Source of the DNA: Eledone cirrhosa
Taxonomy: Eukaryota
NCBI GenBank assembly: GCA_964016885.1
Contig: OZ024752.1
Span: 32,736,001-32,800,000 of the forward strand
Direction: 5' to 3'
Length of the DNA: 64,000 bases
Numbering within the stretch: the stretch's first letter is position 1; the number at the start of each line of letters is the position of its first letter. The translations under genes were made by a program, and so were the position numbers. Below, one piece after another: positions 25,929 to 38,674 of this stretch. The notes under the pieces are model-generated. The model saw nothing but the letters and a program-made list of their open reading frames with translations. It made no database searches and was not told the DNA's origin.

Positions 25929-27976
25929 TCAAATCAAGCCAGGTTTGTATTTCGAGAACGTAGCCTTGAGTCTGTGATTGCAATATAGAGTCCTTTCCGT
26001 TCTGTTGTTGAGAAGAGTATAATTGGATTTTAGTATGTAAAATAGCTCCATATTGCATAATCGGCAGTAAGGCTGGCCTGCACGATATGCGGAAGCACTA
26101 GAGAGTTTTGTCCATTTCAAAGTGTATTGCAGGTTACTTTCGCGCAACTGCCAAATTGTATTGGCTAAGGTAGTTACGGAACGGTATTTGATGTTCTTCA
26201 TCGAACTACGGTGTTGGTACCAACGAGATTTAAAAGTGGTAGAGGTACAGCCGATATAGTGCCATCTTCGGTTATCCGATTCAACAGTGCATTGATACAC
26301 CATATTGGATTCCATGCATTTGTTATTCAGAAGGCAACGATCAGGTAGGTTGCAGTTGCATTTATCAGCTCTTGTAGTATTATTATCTTGTACAGGTTGC
26401 GTAAGGTTTATATGTGTGTCTGCTGCAGGAGGGTTTACATTCAGTGGTTGAGAGTTTGAGGAAGTGTTAATGTAGTTTGGGGTGCTTCGTGTGGATGTGC
26501 TGACTAATCGTTTGGAGTTAATAATTAGATCGAGATTGGGTGCTGTAGAATATGAAAGCTTAATGGACCTTAGATTTAGTATCTTAGCGTATCGATGTGT
26601 AGGAGGAAAATGTGTTTTGATTAAATTGAAGAAAAGTGAGGAAATTTTAGGAGATGTTGAGGCATTGTATATTGGGTTGTACCAAAGGTAGTTACGATTC
26701 CGCTTTCTAGCTAGGTTGGGTTGTGTTCTTCTATTTCGACTATGCCTATGCGGAAGGTGTATGTTGTGTATCGTACCTATATTATTATTTATGCAAGTGC
26801 GTTGTGAGCCCTTATTTCTATATTGGTGTGCTGGATCTATGTACTCTATTTTGTCTTGGTATCCAGCCGCCTTAAGCGCGTTGTTATAGTAGTAAGCGTG
26901 CTCACTAAAGACCTGGGGGGTAGATGACAGGCGTGATATTCTAAGGGAGATGGCCCGAGGGATAGACCGTATAACCGAGGGTGGATGATTAGATTTATGG
27001 TCAACATACATAATATTTTCATTAGATTTATGGAATGGGCGGATTTCCCCCGTCTCTAGATTAAATGTTACATCCAAGAAATTTGTTTCAGTCAGGTTGT
27101 ACTCAAAAGTAATGCTAAAACCTAGACTGTTTAAAAATTCGCTAACTTGCTTACGTAATCTTTCTATTTTCTGGTTGTTTAGGTGTTTAGCTAAAAGGAG
27201 CGCATCGTCGCGGTAAATACCCCTTTGTAGATTGCGGAATTTTTTCTCTAGTGCTTGAGCGATGAAGATGCCCACTACGTCTGTAACTTCGGCAGAATCG
27301 TTTGAGCCCATCGTGATATCAAAGAAAGATGGTCTATCTTTGCGCACCCAGTAGCTATCATCGAACTTAATTATGGTCTTTCTGGCCTCAAGGATGATGC
27401 CTATTTCCGCGTCGGTTAGGTCAGAATTCTTTCCGGCAAACAGCAGGGTCTTATGTAGGGTATCGGGTGATATGGAGGAGTAGTAGTCGTTTATGTCGAA
27501 TTGGATAAATTTTGATTCATCTCTATCCTTGATATTACTAAACCAACATATCGCCTCCTCAGTATTTGCCCAGAGTTTTATGCCAGTTATCCGTTTTAAC
27601 TGGGGGATTACTCTATCTAATATATATTTACTTACTCTACCTATATCCGATTTCGATCGGCATATTAGTCTAATCTGGGGGTTTGCATGGAAATTGACTT
27701 TGTGGTCCTTTAAATTAAAGGATGAGGTCGCTGGAATTATTGGTTCTGTCCTGTCATCTATACCTAGGTTCTTAACTATTTTGTGTGCCTCATTGTTAAT
27801 ATGTACAAGAGTAGATTTACCTGTTTTTTTGTACTTCTTGTGTAGTTCAGTACGGATGAGGTTATTATAGGTGTTTACATCTAGGGTGTACACGTTGGAT
27901 GTTTTATCGGCCTTAATGATAATCCCACTGGTATTATTAAGTTTGTGGACCAGGGCTTTGATGTTCTTTTGTAGTG

Positions 27977-27978
<2 letters not shown>
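25929..27978 (-). CDS. PLE reverse transcriptase / GIY-YIG endonuclease (open, 5'-truncated)
   Basis: IKADK, RLI, FIQFDINDYYSSI, ITMGS, YRDD, FLDV, YVDHKSNHPPSV; C-terminal CNC...C..NMVYQC...HYIGCT..FKSRW..H...CRLC..E..LLN. The first ~42 aa in the track come from the flank and (TA)n. Confidence 0.92.
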
Positions 27979-28026
<48 letters not shown>

Positions 28027-28258
28027 GTAATCTGAGTTTTTCGAATATTAATAATAACATTCGATTCGTTTGCAATTATGCAAACATGCCTCAATTTTAT
28101 AGCCATGTCAGTAGAATGAACCCTTCATTCCTGCTCTTGTGTTGGCATTGCAAACGAATCGAATGTTATTATTAATATTCGAAAAATTCAGATTACATTT
28201 ATTTTATTTAGCCATGTAGAGCGAAATTTTCTTTTATATATATATATATATATATAAT

Positions 28259-28291
<33 letters not shown>

Positions 28292-28639
28292 TCTTTTGCC
28301 TAAGTTTCATATTAAAAAAAAAAAAAGTGTCTCTAACGAAATTTGTTAAAAATTAGCTGTCTTAGTTATTAATTATGATACTACGCTATTTTTTTCATTA
28401 AGAGGTGATTATGTAGATTATAATCCCCGTTAGTATTATATAAAAACATAGAAGTGTAGCAAAAAAAAAAAAAAGGAATCTAGCAACTTTTCAGCATTTA
28501 TAATTGAAACGAAATATATTAAAATGATGGCCCAGTTTCTTGCTTTGCATTTAATTAAGATTAGAGAGTTTAGTGATTAAATATATGTTAAAGTTCAACT
28601 TTTAAATTAAGTAGACTGCACTAAAGTGTTGTTGAGGCA

Positions 28640-28830
28640 TGTTGGATTGGCAGTATCGGTAGAGGGTCAGACGCCATGCTTTGCAAGCAAAGAGTTATGG
28701 CCCTTTATGGTCTATGATCAAATCCCGTCGAGGTTAACTTTGCCTTTCATCCTTACGGGGTCGATAAAATAAAGTACCTAGTAATGCACTGGGATAATTG
28801 CAGGCCTTGTGCCTAAAGTAGAAACAATTA
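28640..28830 (+). mobile_element. tRNA-derived SINE (Nin/Deu-like motif)
   Basis: Collinear with 51574-51757. Confidence 0.75.
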
Positions 28831-28900
28831 TTGGTGATATTATTTTAATGCGGTAATTTTATTTGAGCTGGTGTAGCTCTTATATGGTGTTAAAGGTCGC

Positions 28901-28942
<42 letters not shown>

Positions 28943-28946
<4 letters not shown>

Positions 28947-29421
28947 GGTGTGGAAGTCGGACCTTCGTAAAGACCTGAACATCCGCCTCTTCATTGCTGT
29001 AGTGGAGTCTGTGCTGCTGTACGGGTCTGAGACTTGGACACTGACCAAGAAACTCACTCAGATGGTGGATGGGTGCTACACGAGAATGCTGAGGATGGCT
29101 CTGAACATTAATCAGTATACACTGAGGATGAAAAACTCAGAGCTGTACGGGAGCCTCCCAAAAGTCTGCTCAAAAGTGACACAGAGGAGACTGAAGTTAG
29201 CTGGACATGCTCATAGGCATCCAGAGTTGACTTTGCACTCAGTGCTCCTGTGGGAGCTCCTACATGGAAACACTGGAAGAGGAAGACCAAGGTTAACGTA
29301 TGTTGATGCCCTAAGGTCAGACACTGGTCTGTTGGAGACGCAGGACATTGCAACGGTAATGAGGGACAGAGACCGCTGGAGAGAACTCGTCCACGGATCT
29401 CGGGAATTTTACCCGCCCTAG
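28943..29421 (+). mobile_element. RTE-X-like LINE 3' end (longest copy)
   Basis: LFIAVVESVLLYGSETWTLT...DGCYTRMLRMALNI...RRLKLAGH; starts at (TA)n and ends at its stop codon. Confidence 0.88.
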
Positions 29422-29569
29422 AAAAAAAAAATATATATAGTGATTATTTGAATGGTTGTGTTAGTGAGTTTATTATGTGCGTGATCACTTGTAGCTTGCT
29501 GTGTCGTGCGGTCACTGTTGTGTGCTACAGTGTGACCAGGGGTCAAGGTGTGGACAGATTTCGCTACAT

Positions 29570-29865
29570 ATATCTTAAGTATGCTCATTTTGGTATCCGG
29601 TAAGGGTAATTAGACTCACACCAAGGTAGAGATGACCCTCTTCTGAATATCGAACATCACTTGGTATCGATGCCTCCCAGATGGGCATCAATACGAGAAG
29701 CGATAGTTAAACTTGAGCGGGTGGTTGGTCCAGACCTTCTCGAGCCTTGACTTTAAAATGTTGACTGAGGGTGCGTCAACTGTTTCTTATTTGAGGTTGC
29801 TCCAGTGGTTGATCGCATGTGCAGAAAAGAAGTGGTTCATGGAACTTCGCTGGGGTTGCACTGAA
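29570..29865 (-). pseudogene. CR1-like LINE 3' fragment
   Basis: Minus-strand translation HFFSAHAINHWSNLK*ETVDAPSVNILKSRLEKVW resembles the CR1 ORF2 C-terminus. Confidence 0.6.
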
Positions 29866-30897
29866 ATATGTTAAAAGAAATGGGTGCTCAAGATATTTTA
29901 GCACCTTATTTACGTAGAACTCTAGGAAAGTTTAAGAAAATCATCAATATATTGACCGTGGATATAAGTCGTCCCTCCCCATATTTTATCATCGATTTTG
30001 GAGGGAGGGGATGGGAGGTTACATATTCTTCGGCTTATATTCGAGTATATACAGTAGTTAGGCTTTGGATAAGTTCGTGTTGGGTTGACATGTGTCAGGT
30101 TTGTTAGTCATTACAACTAACACTTATATGTTAGATATAAAACTTTCGCCTACCATATAGAAATATGATCATGGCATGTAATAAAACAAAATTAGGGTCT
30201 TTTATTTACTTCATTACTCTGGCTGTAGACTGGCAATAGTGTCTTGGCATTTAATATCATAGGAAGACAGTTAAACTGTGGTATATTCAATGAAATTGAA
30301 TCTTTTCAACACCAACTCTTTCTATGTGTTCGTGTGGCAAAATGCCACAAAATGGCGTGACTTGATAGCTATCCTTACTGTAAAACGGTACAACTCTGAA
30401 GTTGCTCGAATTTAATCAATCTATCTTGTGGAAATACGTCGTTTATGGATTCATTAATTTTCATTCATTTGTTCCGTCCCACCCCAGCCAACTCCTCCTT
30501 TATTATTATCATTATTATTATTATTATTTAAAAGAAACTTGAATTTCTTCCTCGGTGATTCACAATGATTCTCTTCTCAACACGTCAACTTTATCACTTT
30601 ACTCACCAACTGAGTGACAGACGACATGTATCAATTGCTATTCCTATTGACAGGTGAGAGGCTGGCAATGACTTTGACGATAAAATAGTCACTTCTGTGT
30701 TTGGAGGTCGCGAGTTCTTATCTCAACGCAGAATCTTTGCTGCCCCCATCTCACTCCCTTTCTCTCTTACACACACACACACATATTTATATTTATAACA
30801 GGCTGAAAGAATTGGGGTGCATAACCCAACGAAACTTAATACCTGTATATGTCACTGTTGTAATTAATTATATTTACTACAGTATATATATATATAT

Positions 30898-31318
30898 AGT
30901 TATACTTGGGGAGGGTCATATTTGTGTAATATTGCCAGAATTAATAACAGAACACACTCACTGTTTGGTTGGTTTTCGCTTCTCGCTGTCTTTTATATCG
31001 GTAATCTAACTTACTCGGTCCTCAATGTTGCCATTGACTGACCGACGGTCAAAAATAATACAGATACAATATAGACACAAACACATATATATAGTTTATC
31101 ATAAATCTTTCGTTGCACATCTGCAACATCGTCAGTGGTGTTATATTTTCCTCCTGTTGTGTTGTATGTCTACGCCATTTTTATTCAGTCTGTCTATAGT
31201 GTGTTCTGTTATTAATTCTGGCAATATTACACAAATATGACCCTCCCCAAGTATAACAATATTTGTTTCGACACACGATTTCATATAAAAAACCTCGCAA
31301 AACTAATTCATCGCCGCT
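30898..31318. mobile_element. PLE 3'UTR module (family E) with inverted ends; HHR at 31100-31137 (-)
   Basis: Reverse complement of 60475-60797; 30900-30955 inverted at 31201-31256; CA-CTGACGA-T GTTGCA GATG TGCAAC-GAAA-GATT-TA-TG. Confidence 0.75.
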
Positions 31319-31595
31319 ATATATATATATATATATATAACACGAAGTGGAGAAGGTATCCTTTCATTCTGTTACTAAATATTTCAACAAGCAGGTTGTG
31401 ATAAAGATATTTATTAAAAAATATTATATTTCTTGAGGAATTGTAACGTAAGTGCCTTCTCTATTCTGTCCGCTGGGGAAGCGGGGTGGCCAGTCCGCCG
31501 GGGCCACGAGGCGACCAGCGCGTGGGCCCTCATTTGCTCCTAATAGTGAGAGATGTGGAGAGACGGAGGCAGTGAGAGTTTGGTTCCAATGGGTT

Positions 31596-32667
31596 CAGGG
31601 CCGTAGCCAAGGTGATGCCAGGGAATGCCTGGCATCCCCTATCAAAAGCAAATTTAGTTTTGGCATCCCCATCAAACAAGATTTTATTTTTAAAAAATTA
31701 ACACAACAGGTAAAGGCAAAATAAAACATTATTTGTTTCTACTTTAGGCACAAGGCCAGCAATTACCCAGTTCATTACTGGTACTTTATTTTATCGACCC
31801 TGTAAGGATGAAAGGCAAAGTCAACCTCGGCAGGATTTGAACTCAGATCGTAAAGGGACGTAACTATACTGGAAAGCATGGCGTCCGACCCTCTACCGAT
31901 ACTGCCAATCCACAGAATAAGCCTATATAAGGCAATATCACAATATTATACGGTTTGACTTGTATTTTGGACAAAGCGTATATACAATATTCATATACGA
32001 ATATGAGGAGAGAGAATATACATACACATCTTATAATATCTTTCTATTTGTTTAAATATTTGCATGAGGTATCACATGTTTACGGGACATATTTTATATA
32101 ATTACCTATTATTAAATACCTGCATTCTTTTTCTAAAATTGTATTGTAAAAGTGAAACTAAAATTTCGTGAAAGTTTAAAGGTATGTTTTTACATTATAT
32201 ATTCTAATACATTTTATGACTGCTCTGCGTCTGCATAAAAAAACCCATTAGATATTCAAGATATATATAAATTATTACATACAAAATATCAATCAACAGC
32301 CTCTGCAATAATAATGCTATACAGAATTGTATTAACATGTGGCAATAGTTCATCAAGAGTTGAATGTTTTCTGCTATGGTTCACATAGACTCACCACAAA
32401 GAAGAAGTCACTTTACAGAGAATGCAATTTGACATTCATCTTTTTCGAAAAAGAGAATGTGAAAAAATTAAATTTGAAGACTTTACAAAGAGTGGTTAAA
32501 GAAACCAGGAAAACTATTTTTTTTGACATTTCATTGTATAATGTGACTTTGTTTGGAATAATATATATATTTTACTAAACAATATTTCTTTATTTTATTT
32601 TGACATCCCCATGTTTTAACATATATTCGAATGGCATTACCTGGCAGAAAACCTGGCTACGGGTTTG
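31596..32667. mobile_element. hAT-like MITE containing a SINE (31728-31913, -)
   Basis: Ends CAGGGCCGTAGCCA / TGGCTACGGGTTTG with subterminal GGCATCCCC motifs. Confidence 0.5.
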
Positions 32668-33372
32668 ATATATGTATATGTTTCACGGACACACGCCCAC
32701 GCATAAACACCAACAACTACAACAACACTAACACCAACAACAACACTAACAACTACATAAGACACTTGTTCCTTTAACAACCTTACACGCCAATAAAGTA
32801 GGATGTTAAATTTCTGACTCCGGGAGTTAACAAGTTGATATATCTTATTAGTCTTTGCTACCTTGAAATAATACAACACCATTGATTAAAACTGCGTATT
32901 TTTCAAATTGTCTACAATATTACATTGACACTAATTAAGCGCCAACAATTTCTCATTATAATTAAGATCTAATTGCAGATACTAAATATTGTTGTCATTA
33001 AAAATAATTCTTTCTGTTCAACAATAATGCTGAAATGATATTTTTTCTCAAATTATTGAAACTTTTATTGTATTGAAACAACAACAACGATAAACAACAA
33101 ATAAAAGGAAGTAAAATTAACTTTCTTCTTCAATTACAATTAATAATTTGACAAAAGTCGGTGTAAATATATTATAAATTGTGAGGTAGTAAGTAGATTG
33201 GTAGAATCAGTAAAATGTCGGCTGAAATGTTTCGTAGCAATTAATGGAGTACTTTACCTTTACGTTAGGAGTTCAAATCTTGTTGAGGTCGTTTTAAATT
33301 TTTCTTTTGTATTTGCATTTCATCCTTCCGGGGTCGATAAAATAATTGTCATTTTAATTTTTACTTGAGCAG

Positions 33373-33413
<41 letters not shown>

Positions 33414-33614
33414 GTGTGGGATGCTTAAAGCGTCCGTATGCGGTAGGCCGCTTATTGTCTAATAAATTCTAATTCGTCGTACCACTGATTCTCCGTTTCT
33501 TATGTGTGTGTGTGTGGATGGATTCAGTTAGAGACTGGTTAGACCATTATTCAACACAGTACTCGGGGTAGTAGAGTATGGTTATATTATAAAGAGTCGG
33601 TGCCGGCTGACTCT

Positions 33615-33666
<52 letters not shown>

Positions 33667-34854
33667 CAATTTAGCTTCAGGCATAGTTGTATACAGATAT
33701 GTATTGGAATTTCGTATTTCAGAAGAAATACGGCATGTTTAAAATAAACATGTAGAGTGCCGTAGTTTTGCCAAAACGCCACCGACTAACACCATCTGGC
33801 GGTGTTCAGCAGAAGCAAGGGGCCAATCGTGCAACTGTTGGACTTTGAAAACAGGCGAGAATATATGGTTTTCTGCTGGATACCGCCAGACGGCGTTAAA
33901 CATTTAGTTGATAATAAATAAAACTGTTTTTACATGGTAAAAGGATATAGTATTTCATCATTTCAAACACTATTGACTCCTAAACTAATCTAAATAACTT
34001 ACAATCTAACTAACCAAATTGACTTAATGAAAATCATATTCTTCTATCTAAACTCTAATAAATATTCAAAAGCAATATTAAAATTTAAATACAACTCAAA
34101 TTACCATGTATTAATACCACCTAACCTGAAATAATTTTAGCCTTGAAAATTCTATATCACTCAGTATTTCCCCATATTGGAATTTCGATTCACCTCTTAT
34201 ATGACTTACAATCCAAACAACCTATATAATTAGCACAAACTTCTTCCTCTAACCAAACTTTATTACCAATCCTAAATCAACATTGGATATGAAAAATATC
34301 TTTTTCTTACTATATAATGTATTTATGTATACACACATAACCTCGATTAAGAAACAAGGCTTGCCTTCAAAACTGGGTTTTTATTAAATATTATTTATTA
34401 AACAATACTTTCTCAAGTTAGCAAAACAGTAACTTAATTAATCTAATAGACTCGTACAATAACCAAGTAATTTCCTTCGGTTCACAAATTTAATTCGTTC
34501 TTGAAGGGCATTTGTTACCCGAAATGTTCGTAAACCAAAACTATTTTTCTCATAAATGTTGAGAGAGAGACTGTGTGTGAAAGACATAGATATCACCATA
34601 GTAACTAACTACACAACAAGTGATGCTTTCCCGCCGATACTCCAAGCTTGTTGTCAACCGTTGTTGCCGGCTTGCGTGTTCGTTACTCGAGACACCGTTC
34701 ATGAACCGCAAACGTTTTATGTTCTGACAAATTATTCGCGAACCGAACCGATTTATTCGTGATGAGAGGAGTTCGTGAACTAAACCTATGTTCCACTGTA
34801 GTTGTTTCATTATCCTGAAAATCATACTTGGTTAACAAGAAACCATACAACATT

Positions 34855-35777
34855 TGGCAGTATCGGTAGAGGGTTGGACGCCATGCTTTCTAGCATGGTT
34901 ACGTCCCTTTACGGTTTGAGTTCAAATTCTGCCGAGGTTAACTTCGACTTTCATCCTTACGGGGTCGATAAAATAAATTACCAGTCACGCACTGGGGTCG
35001 ATTTAATCAACTTTCACCTCCCCCCCCTCAAAAAAAATTGCTGGCTTTGTGCCTATATAAGAAAGCATTATTATTATTGCTACGGGGTCGATAAAATAAA
35101 GTACCAGTAATACTGGTACTTAATTGCTGGCCTTGTGCCAAAAAGTGGAAACAATTATTATTGCTGCTGTTATTAGCGTCTCCTGTATCCGATGTCCTTG
35201 TGGCAAATAAAATATATCTTTATATATTATTAATTCATGCTTTCTAGCATAGTTACGTCCCTTTACGGTCTGAGTTCAAATCCCGCCGAGGTTAACTTTG
35301 CCTTTCATCCTTACGGGGTCGATAAAATAAAGTACCAGTAATGCACTGGGTAATTGCTGGCCTTGTGCCAAAAGTAGAAACAATTATTAATTCAGCATGA
35401 ATGTATAAAGCTTTAGTATCGGTAGTGGGTCGGACGCCATGCTTTGATGCATAGAGTTACGGCCCTTGCCATTCTGAGTTCAAATCCCGCCGAGGTTAAC
35501 TTTGCCTATCATCCTTACGGGGTCGATTAAATAAAGTACCAGTAATGCACTGGGTAATTGCTGGCCTTGTGCCTAAAGTAGAAACAATTATGGCTTTACA
35601 ACACACATCGGTAGAGGGTCGGACGCCATGCTTTCCAGCATAGTTACGTCCCTTTACGGTCTGAGTTCAAATCCCGCCGAGGTTGACTTTGCCTTTCACC
35701 CTTACGGGGTCGATAAAATAAAGTACCAGTAATGCACTGGGTAATTGCTGGCCTTGTGCCTAAAGTAGAAACAATTA
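34855..35777 (+). mobile_element. Head-to-tail cluster of five SINE copies
   Basis: GAGTTCAAATCCCGCCGAGGTT...TACGGGGTCGATAAAATAAAGTACCAG...GTAGAAACAATTA units at about 34855, 35081 (3' part only), 35236, 35414 and 35607. Confidence 0.85.
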
Positions 35778-36203
35778 TTTTACGAACCAAATACAGCCTC
35801 CGCCACTATCCCCTAAATCCATTCTGTTAAAACTATTGCTATTGCAACACATCATTTATTCGAACAGATTAACATTGCAAGACTATGAAACATCCAAAAA
35901 TTAAATAAGTTCCTTCGCTGACCATAACAGTCAGTGAACAACCTCTTCTACCATAGATTTCTTCATTTTTCTTATTGAAAAGTGGTTATTACAAACGTTT
36001 TGTTTCCGTTAGTATAATTACTGGAAGGATCTGACCTGAAGGAAAGAGAAAAGTATAGAACTAACTGGATAATGGAACTGTTGGATAATGGAACTGTTGG
36101 TAACATACAGTTATGTTGTTCTTCTGAGTTGTTTGATAAAGTATTTATTGCCACAAGGAGGAATCGTATTATATCGTCGAAATTACATAGTGTTCATCAC
36201 TGG

Positions 36204-36466
36204 TGAGAGAGGGAGAGGGAGAGAGAGAGAGTGATAGAGCGTGTGAGTGAGTGGGAGAGAGAGGTAGTGAGAGAGAGAGAGACAGACAGAGTGAGTGAGT
36301 TAGTGAGAGTGAGTGAGAGAGAGAGAGAGAGTGACAGAGCGTGTGAGTGAGTGGGAGAGAGAGATGGAGTGAGAGAGAGACAGACAGCGTGAGTGAGTTA
36401 GTGAGAGTGAGTGAGAGAGAGAGAGAGAGTGACAGAGCGTGTGAGTGAGTGGGAGAGAGAGGTAGT

Positions 36467-36508
<42 letters not shown>

Positions 36509-37104
36509 GTGAGTGAGAGTGAGTGAGAGAGAGAGAGCGAGAGAGGGTGTGAGTGAGTAAGAGAGAGAGAGAGATGGAGTGAGAGAGAGACAGACAGCGG
36601 GAGTGAGTTAGTGAGAGTGAGTATGAGAGAGTCAGAGTGTAACAGAGGGCGTGAGTGAGTAAGAGAGAGAGAGAGATGGAGTGAGAGAGTGAGAGAGAGA
36701 TGGAGACAGAGAGATGGAGATGGAGAGAGAGAGATGGCGAGAGAGAGATGGAGAGAGAGAGATGGCGAGAGAGAGATGGAGAGAGAGAGATGGAGAGAAA
36801 GAGATGGAGTGAGAGAGTGAGAGAGAGATGGAGAGAGAGAGATGGAGTGAGAGAATGAGAGAGAGATGGGGAGATGGAGTGAGAGAGTGAGAGAGAGATG
36901 GAGAGAGAGAGATGGAGAGAAAGAGATGGAGTGAGAGAGTGAGAGAGAGATGGAGAGAGAGAGATGGAGAGAAAGAGATGGAGTGAGAGAGTGAGAGAGA
37001 GATGGAGAGAGAGAGATGGAGTGAGAGAATGAGAGAGAGATGGAGAGAGAGAGATGGAGAGAAAGAGATGGAGTGAGAGAGTGAGAGAGAGATGGAGAGA
37101 GAGA

Positions 37105-37161
<57 letters not shown>

Positions 37162-37242
37162 AGAGAGATGGAGTGAGAGAGTGAGAGAGAGATGGAGAGA
37201 GAGAGATGGAGAGAGAGAGAGATGGAGAGAGAGAGAGAGAGA
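36204..37242. repeat. (GA)n-based compound microsatellite
   Basis: GAGA/GATG/GAGT units; the SL-rich ORFs are artefacts. Confidence 0.95.
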
Positions 37243-37396
37243 TCAGAATACACCCTCTTGATATTACCAAGTGACAGTCACAATACTTAAAATATAGAAT
37301 TACCTGTCTCTCTACCAGAAGAGATACCAAGAGGCCTCAGGCGTTCCTGTAATGGCATTTTATGACACCTTTTCTCATTTATATACGCGACACTAA

Positions 37397-37476
37397 CATA
37401 CACACACTTTCATACATACACACACACATTCAGATATATATATATATATACACATACACACATACACACACATATA

Positions 37477-37526
<50 letters not shown>

Positions 37527-37649
37527 CACGCACACATTCAGACACATATATATAAATATATATATATACACACATACACACACTTTCATACATACACACA
37601 CACATTCAGACATATATATATATATATACACATACACACACATACATTC

Positions 37650-37689
<40 letters not shown>

Positions 37690-38397
37690 ACACATACACA
37701 CTCACACATTCAGACATATATATATATATACACATACACACACACACATTCAGACACATATATATATATACACACATACACACACTTTCATACATACACA
37801 CACACATTCAGACGTATATATATATACACATACACACACATTCAGACATATATATATATATATACACATACACACACAGACATTCAGACATATATATATA
37901 TATACACATACACACACACATTCAGACATATATACACACATAGACACACTTTCATACATACACACACACATTCAGACATATATATATATATATATACACA
38001 TACACACACATACATTCAGATATATATATATATATATATACACACATACACACTCACACATTCAGACATATATATATATATATACACATACACACACACA
38101 CATTCAGACACATATATATATATATACACACATACACACACTTTCATACATACACACACACATTCAGACATATATATATATACACACATACACACACATA
38201 CATTCAGACATAGATATATATATATATACACACACACACATTCAGACATATATATATATATATATACACACACATACAGACACTTTCATACATACACACA
38301 CACATTCAGACATATATATATATATATATATATACATACACACACATTCAGACAGATATATATATATACACACATACACACACACACACATTCAGAC

Positions 38398-38433
<36 letters not shown>

Positions 38434-38595
38434 ACACACATACATTCAGACATATATATATACACACATACATTCAGACATATATATATACACACATACA
38501 CACATTCATATATATATATACACACACATACAGTCAGACATATATATATATACACATACACACACATACATTCAGACATATATATATATATATAT
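37397..38595. repeat. CATTCAGA-(TA)n-(CA)n minisatellite; same unit at 44178-44535
   Basis: Repeated cattcagacatatatatatacacatacacacaca. Confidence 0.9.
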
Positions 38596-38643
38596 ATGAT
38601 GGCTGCCCCCTCGTTATCGAGTATGGCCATTGCACGAGGAGAA

Positions 38644-38674
<31 letters not shown>

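Larger units (their letters stand above)
25127..27980 (-). mobile_element. Penelope-like element, 5'-truncated, between (TA)n tracts
   Basis: RT + GIY-YIG ORF, about 800-bp 3'UTR holding a SINE insertion and an HHR. Confidence 0.88.

Noticed and set aside
28021-28202. Hammerhead in the fold-back upstream of the PLE ORF
   Set aside because: A hairpin plus GAAA is present but there is no CUGANGA or UH; its link to the PLE is unproven.
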